From positions 1-37,895 of the forward strand of contig PEXX01000036.1 of NCBI GenBank assembly GCA_002778965.1: 37,895 nucleotides of DNA, given 5' to 3'. This stretch comes from Candidatus Kuenenbacteria bacterium CG08_land_8_20_14_0_20_37_23 (GTDB lineage Bacteria; Patescibacteriota; Patescibacteriia; UBA2196; GWA2-42-15). Of the stretch, positions 35,482-37,895 are shown in pieces. Every line of letters begins with the position of its first letter. The stretch's first letter is position 1. Below the pieces are notes generated by a model. It was not told where the DNA came from. It made no database searches and saw only the letters and a list, made by a program, of their open reading frames with translations. Both the position numbers and the translations under genes were made by a program.

Positions 35482-36075
35482 TTATTTTTTCTTTATCTTT
35501 ATTTTTTTTAATTTTTTAGATACTGAAAAATTTCCGCTCATTGATTTTTCAAGTTGAACAAAGTTTTTTGCTTCCATTTTGATGCTTTCTGTAAATGAAC
35601 CGCCAGAAAACACATTTTCACCCTTTACTGCTTTGTCAATAAAAGTCGGTAATTTGTAAACCGAACCAAAGGCTGTCATTGCGCCAGGTCTAATTTTTAA
35701 TTTTTCCTTCATTGCTTTTTCTTTCGGAATAGTCGCTTTTGTAACTTTATTATAAATATCCAAAATTGGTTTCTTTTTATTTTCTGGTTTTCGCAATCTC
35801 AATTTTTTATTCAACTCAACCGCATGCATGCTGACTGTTTTAGTTAATTTTTTTAAATCAATATTTTTATCAGCCGGCACTATTGCAATGGCATATGGCT
35901 TTTCACCGGTAATAAAGGGTTTATTGAATTTCACAAGCAAATTTTTGGCGATTTGTCTAAGTTTGATGTGCATTGTTTGAGCAGCATCATATGCGGTGTA
36001 AACTGTTTTGTGTTTAATAACTTCATATTTCATCTGACTTTGGTCAAGATATTTTTGTAATTTTTTTGGAAGCAT
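35482..36075 (-). CDS. YbaK/ProX-type aminoacyl-tRNA deacylase domain protein with a Lys-rich insertion and tail
   Basis: The HKTVYTAYDAAQ...IAKNLLVK...YAIAIVPADKNIDLKKL pattern resembles the tRNA_edit (YbaK) fold. Assignment is tentative. Confidence 0.45.
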   Translation of the reverse strand: MLPKKLQKYLDQSQMKYEVIKHKTVYTAYDAAQTMHIKLRQIAKNLLVKFNKPFITGEKPYAIAIVPADKNIDLKKLTKTVSMHAVELNKKLRLRKPENKKKPILDIYNKVTKATIPKEKAMKEKLKIRPGAMTAFGSVYKLPTFIDKAVKGENVFSGGSFTESIKMEAKNFVQLEKSMSGNFSVSKKLKKIKIKKK

Positions 36076-36173
36076 ATGAGTATTTTTTAACTTTTAATTT
36101 ATCTATATAAAAATATATTACTTTAACAAAAAAAGTAATTCCAACTATTTCGCGTGAATTTATTAAAAACAAT

Positions 36174-36329
36174 CTAGAGAGCTAGGAGCACTATAATCAC
36201 TGCAACTGCTATAACAGCAATAACCCAGCACCATTTTTTATCACGCCCGCATACGCGCTTTTTTTCATCCGCCTGCGGAGCCTGCGGTGTTTGCGGCTCA
36301 ACCGTTGTTTCTTGTTTTTGTTCTTCCAT
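36174..36329 (-). CDS. Possible 51-aa single-pass membrane protein (below the ORF-track cutoff)
   Basis: ATG-initiated ORF MEEQKQETTVEPQTPQAPQADEKKRVCGRDKKWCWVIAVIAVAVIIVLLAL, with a hydrophilic N-terminus and a C-terminal TM helix. Confidence 0.35.
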   Translation of the reverse strand: MEEQKQETTVEPQTPQAPQADEKKRVCGRDKKWCWVIAVIAVAVIIVLLAL

Positions 36330-36380
36330 TGTATATTCCTTAATTAGTAAATTTTTATTTCCAACTGTTTTATAACCAGT

Positions 36381-36692
36381 TTATTTTTTTATCTTTTTCA
36401 ACGGCAATCTCATCTGCTCGCCCTGAAGTTTAAAAGCTAATTTCTTGCCCTTGATGGTCAATCGTATTTCACGAATAAACCACTTGTGCGGCGTGCGCAC
36501 GCCATAGCCAATCAAAAACTCTCTGTTAATAAGTCGCTCTATGCTCTGCGTAATAATTTTAGTAATTTGCCTTAAAGTTGGTCTTATGTTTCTTTTATGA
36601 TAAAAATTAGCCAAAATATGGCGATTTATACGATTGCCTTTGATATATAAACATTCAAGTAATATATACTTTTGTAGCGCCGATAGCTTCAT
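36381..36692 (-). CDS. Hypothetical basic protein (possibly winged-helix-like)
   Basis: 103-aa ATG ORF with coding-like composition. No motif recognised. Confidence 0.45.
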   Translation of the reverse strand: MKLSALQKYILLECLYIKGNRINRHILANFYHKRNIRPTLRQITKIITQSIERLINREFLIGYGVRTPHKWFIREIRLTIKGKKLAFKLQGEQMRLPLKKIKK

Positions 36693-36874
36693 ATTTTCTA
36701 ACCTTCATCCCGCCAGTAAACCACCAGCCCGTCTCTGCCATTCTATTATATCAAGAAAACAAAAAAATACAAAAAATTAGCATTAAATAATTGAATGGAA
36801 AATAAGCATTAACAAAATCAAACAAAAAATAATAAATTCTATAAACCAATCATCTCTAGAAACTAATCATTTCT

Positions 36875-37180
36875 TCACAATTCTTCTTTTATTTCTTTGA
36901 TAGCTTTTTTTACATTTAAGAAAAAACGGTGCTCATCTAATCTTGGATATATTGAATTCCCTGGTCCATTATGAGGCTTAAAATCCCGTGCAGATTGATT
37001 TTCAAATTTATTATGAAGTTCAGAATCATCTACACTTTTTGTTAATTCATTTTCTAATGTGGTGAGAAAAGATATTTTAACTTTTGAATCTAAAACTGAA
37101 TCTAAAATTGGTAAATGCTTACAAATTATTTCTTTTATTTTTTCTATAACTTCAGTTTCTTTTTTTTTTATCTTTTTCAC
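36875..37180 (-). CDS. Hypothetical protein
   Basis: 101-aa ORF with a GTG start, helical and charged. No motif recognised. Confidence 0.35.
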   Translation of the reverse strand: MKKIKKKETEVIEKIKEIICKHLPILDSVLDSKVKISFLTTLENELTKSVDDSELHNKFENQSARDFKPHNGPGNSIYPRLDEHRFFLNVKKAIKEIKEEL

Positions 37181-37390
37181 CTCTTGTTATTATTTTTGTT
37201 TGACCAGCAATAAATAAATCATAAATATCATCAATTATTTTTTATAACTATCGGGACCAATATATTCTATTGAAAGTCCATTTTTTGTTTCTTTCATATG
37301 TTTTTATATAAATTAATATTTTCAAAACACTTTATTAGCGCGCAATCGCGGTTGTCGACCTTTTGGCCTTGGGTATTATAAAAATTTATT

Positions 37391-37582
37391 TTAGAGATTA
37401 TTGCTTTGCTCGCCGATTTCATTCATTATTTTTTCAATTACAGATTCAATACTTTCCTGCATATATATATCTCCGCTCAACAAAGCTTTTTCAAATTCTT
37501 CTTCTAAAACTTTCTTTTTTCCAATCTGAATTCTATTTCTTTTTCCATGTGTTTGATAATTCAATGATATTATTTTAAACAA
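37391..37582 (-). CDS. Hypothetical small protein
   Basis: 63-aa ORF with a TTG start, 1 nt after the aspS stop. Weak support. Confidence 0.25.
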   Translation of the reverse strand: MFKIISLNYQTHGKRNRIQIGKKKVLEEEFEKALLSGDIYMQESIESVIEKIMNEIGEQSNNL

Positions 37583-37583
37583 A

Positions 37584-37895
37584 TTATTTAATAAGCTGAA
37601 TCTTCAATTCGTCTAACTGTTCTTGAGAGACTTCAGACGGAGAATCCATCAACGGATCGCGATTGTCAGAGGTTTTAGGAAACGCAATTACCTCCCGAAT
37701 AGATTGTTCGCCAGCCAAAATCATTACCAATCGGTCAAGCCCAAAAGCAATGCCTCCATGCGGCGGCACCCCATATTTAAAAGCTTCCAGCAAATGCCCA
37801 AACTGATTTTGAATTTCTTTGTCAGAATGTCCCAATAATTCAAAAACTTTGTGTAAAATTTCTGGATCATAGGTACGAATTGAACCTCCAGCTAC
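37584..37895 (-). CDS. aspS: Aspartyl-tRNA synthetase, C-terminal part (5' end outside the window)
   Basis: The frame stays open to the window end ([13 protein letters not shown]...). Class II motif 3 region [28 protein letters not shown]. Confidence 0.9.
   Translation of the reverse strand, partial: VAGGSIRTYDPEILHKVFELLGHSDKEIQNQFGHLLEAFKYGVPPHGGIAFGLDRLVMILAGEQSIREVIAFPKTSDNRDPLMDSPSEVSQEQLDELKIQLIK

Noticed and set aside
37160-37300. T10/A10 homopolymer (37160-37169) and a possible frameshifted longer gene upstream of the 36875..37180 ORF
   Set aside because: Translating the minus strand upstream gives three in-frame stops rather than a single frameshift. There is no evidence for a disrupted longer gene or for phase variation.
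1-37895. Alternative genetic code (UGA recoding, as in some CPR lineages), and rRNA/tRNA genes
   Set aside because: All conserved genes are full-length under the standard code, so recoding is not needed. I saw no T-loop or anticodon-arm cloverleaf candidates and no rRNA-like conserved stretches.

Overview
AT-rich bacterial chromosome segment read with the standard genetic code, carrying small, tightly packed genes. The protein repertoire suggests a Patescibacteria/CPR-type genome (inference only): a T4SS-pilin-like small secreted protein, a PEGA protein, an S8 protease with FG-GAP repeats, GtrA and an O-antigen-ligase/TPR fusion. I call about 45 CDS. They include a sulfonate/taurine-type ABC importer split onto converging strands, and an envelope-glycan block (polyprenyl sugar transferase, Wzy_C/TPR protein, S8 protease, GtrA, UXS-like decarboxylase, GalE-like epimerase, RmlA-like transferase). 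Housekeeping genes are metK, murA, tpiA, scpA/scpB, a DD-carboxypeptidase and the aspS 3' end. There is also a four-gene MacAB-type efflux operon and several ORFans. I recognised no rRNA, tRNA, CRISPR array or transposase. The most unusual content is non-coding. (1) At 16.33-16.79 kb, a GC-rich tandem array of six homologous hairpin units shares an ATAG-N-CTAT core and shows compensatory stem changes. It lies between a Phd/RelE-type TA pair and an NYN-domain nuclease gene, ends in a terminator-like hairpin, and sits next to a tyrosine recombinase; the NYN gene itself is bracketed by direct repeats. (2) At 0.75-1.10 kb, a roughly 350-nt GC-rich element with nested long-range helices lies between the converging ABC genes, beside a permease that appears to lack its last TM helix. 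Smaller candidates are a structured metK leader, a structured GC-rich stretch after the pilin-like gene, and a 26-bp perfect palindrome plus T-run between murA and the PEGA gene. All functional calls rest on motif recognition by eye; no database search was possible.
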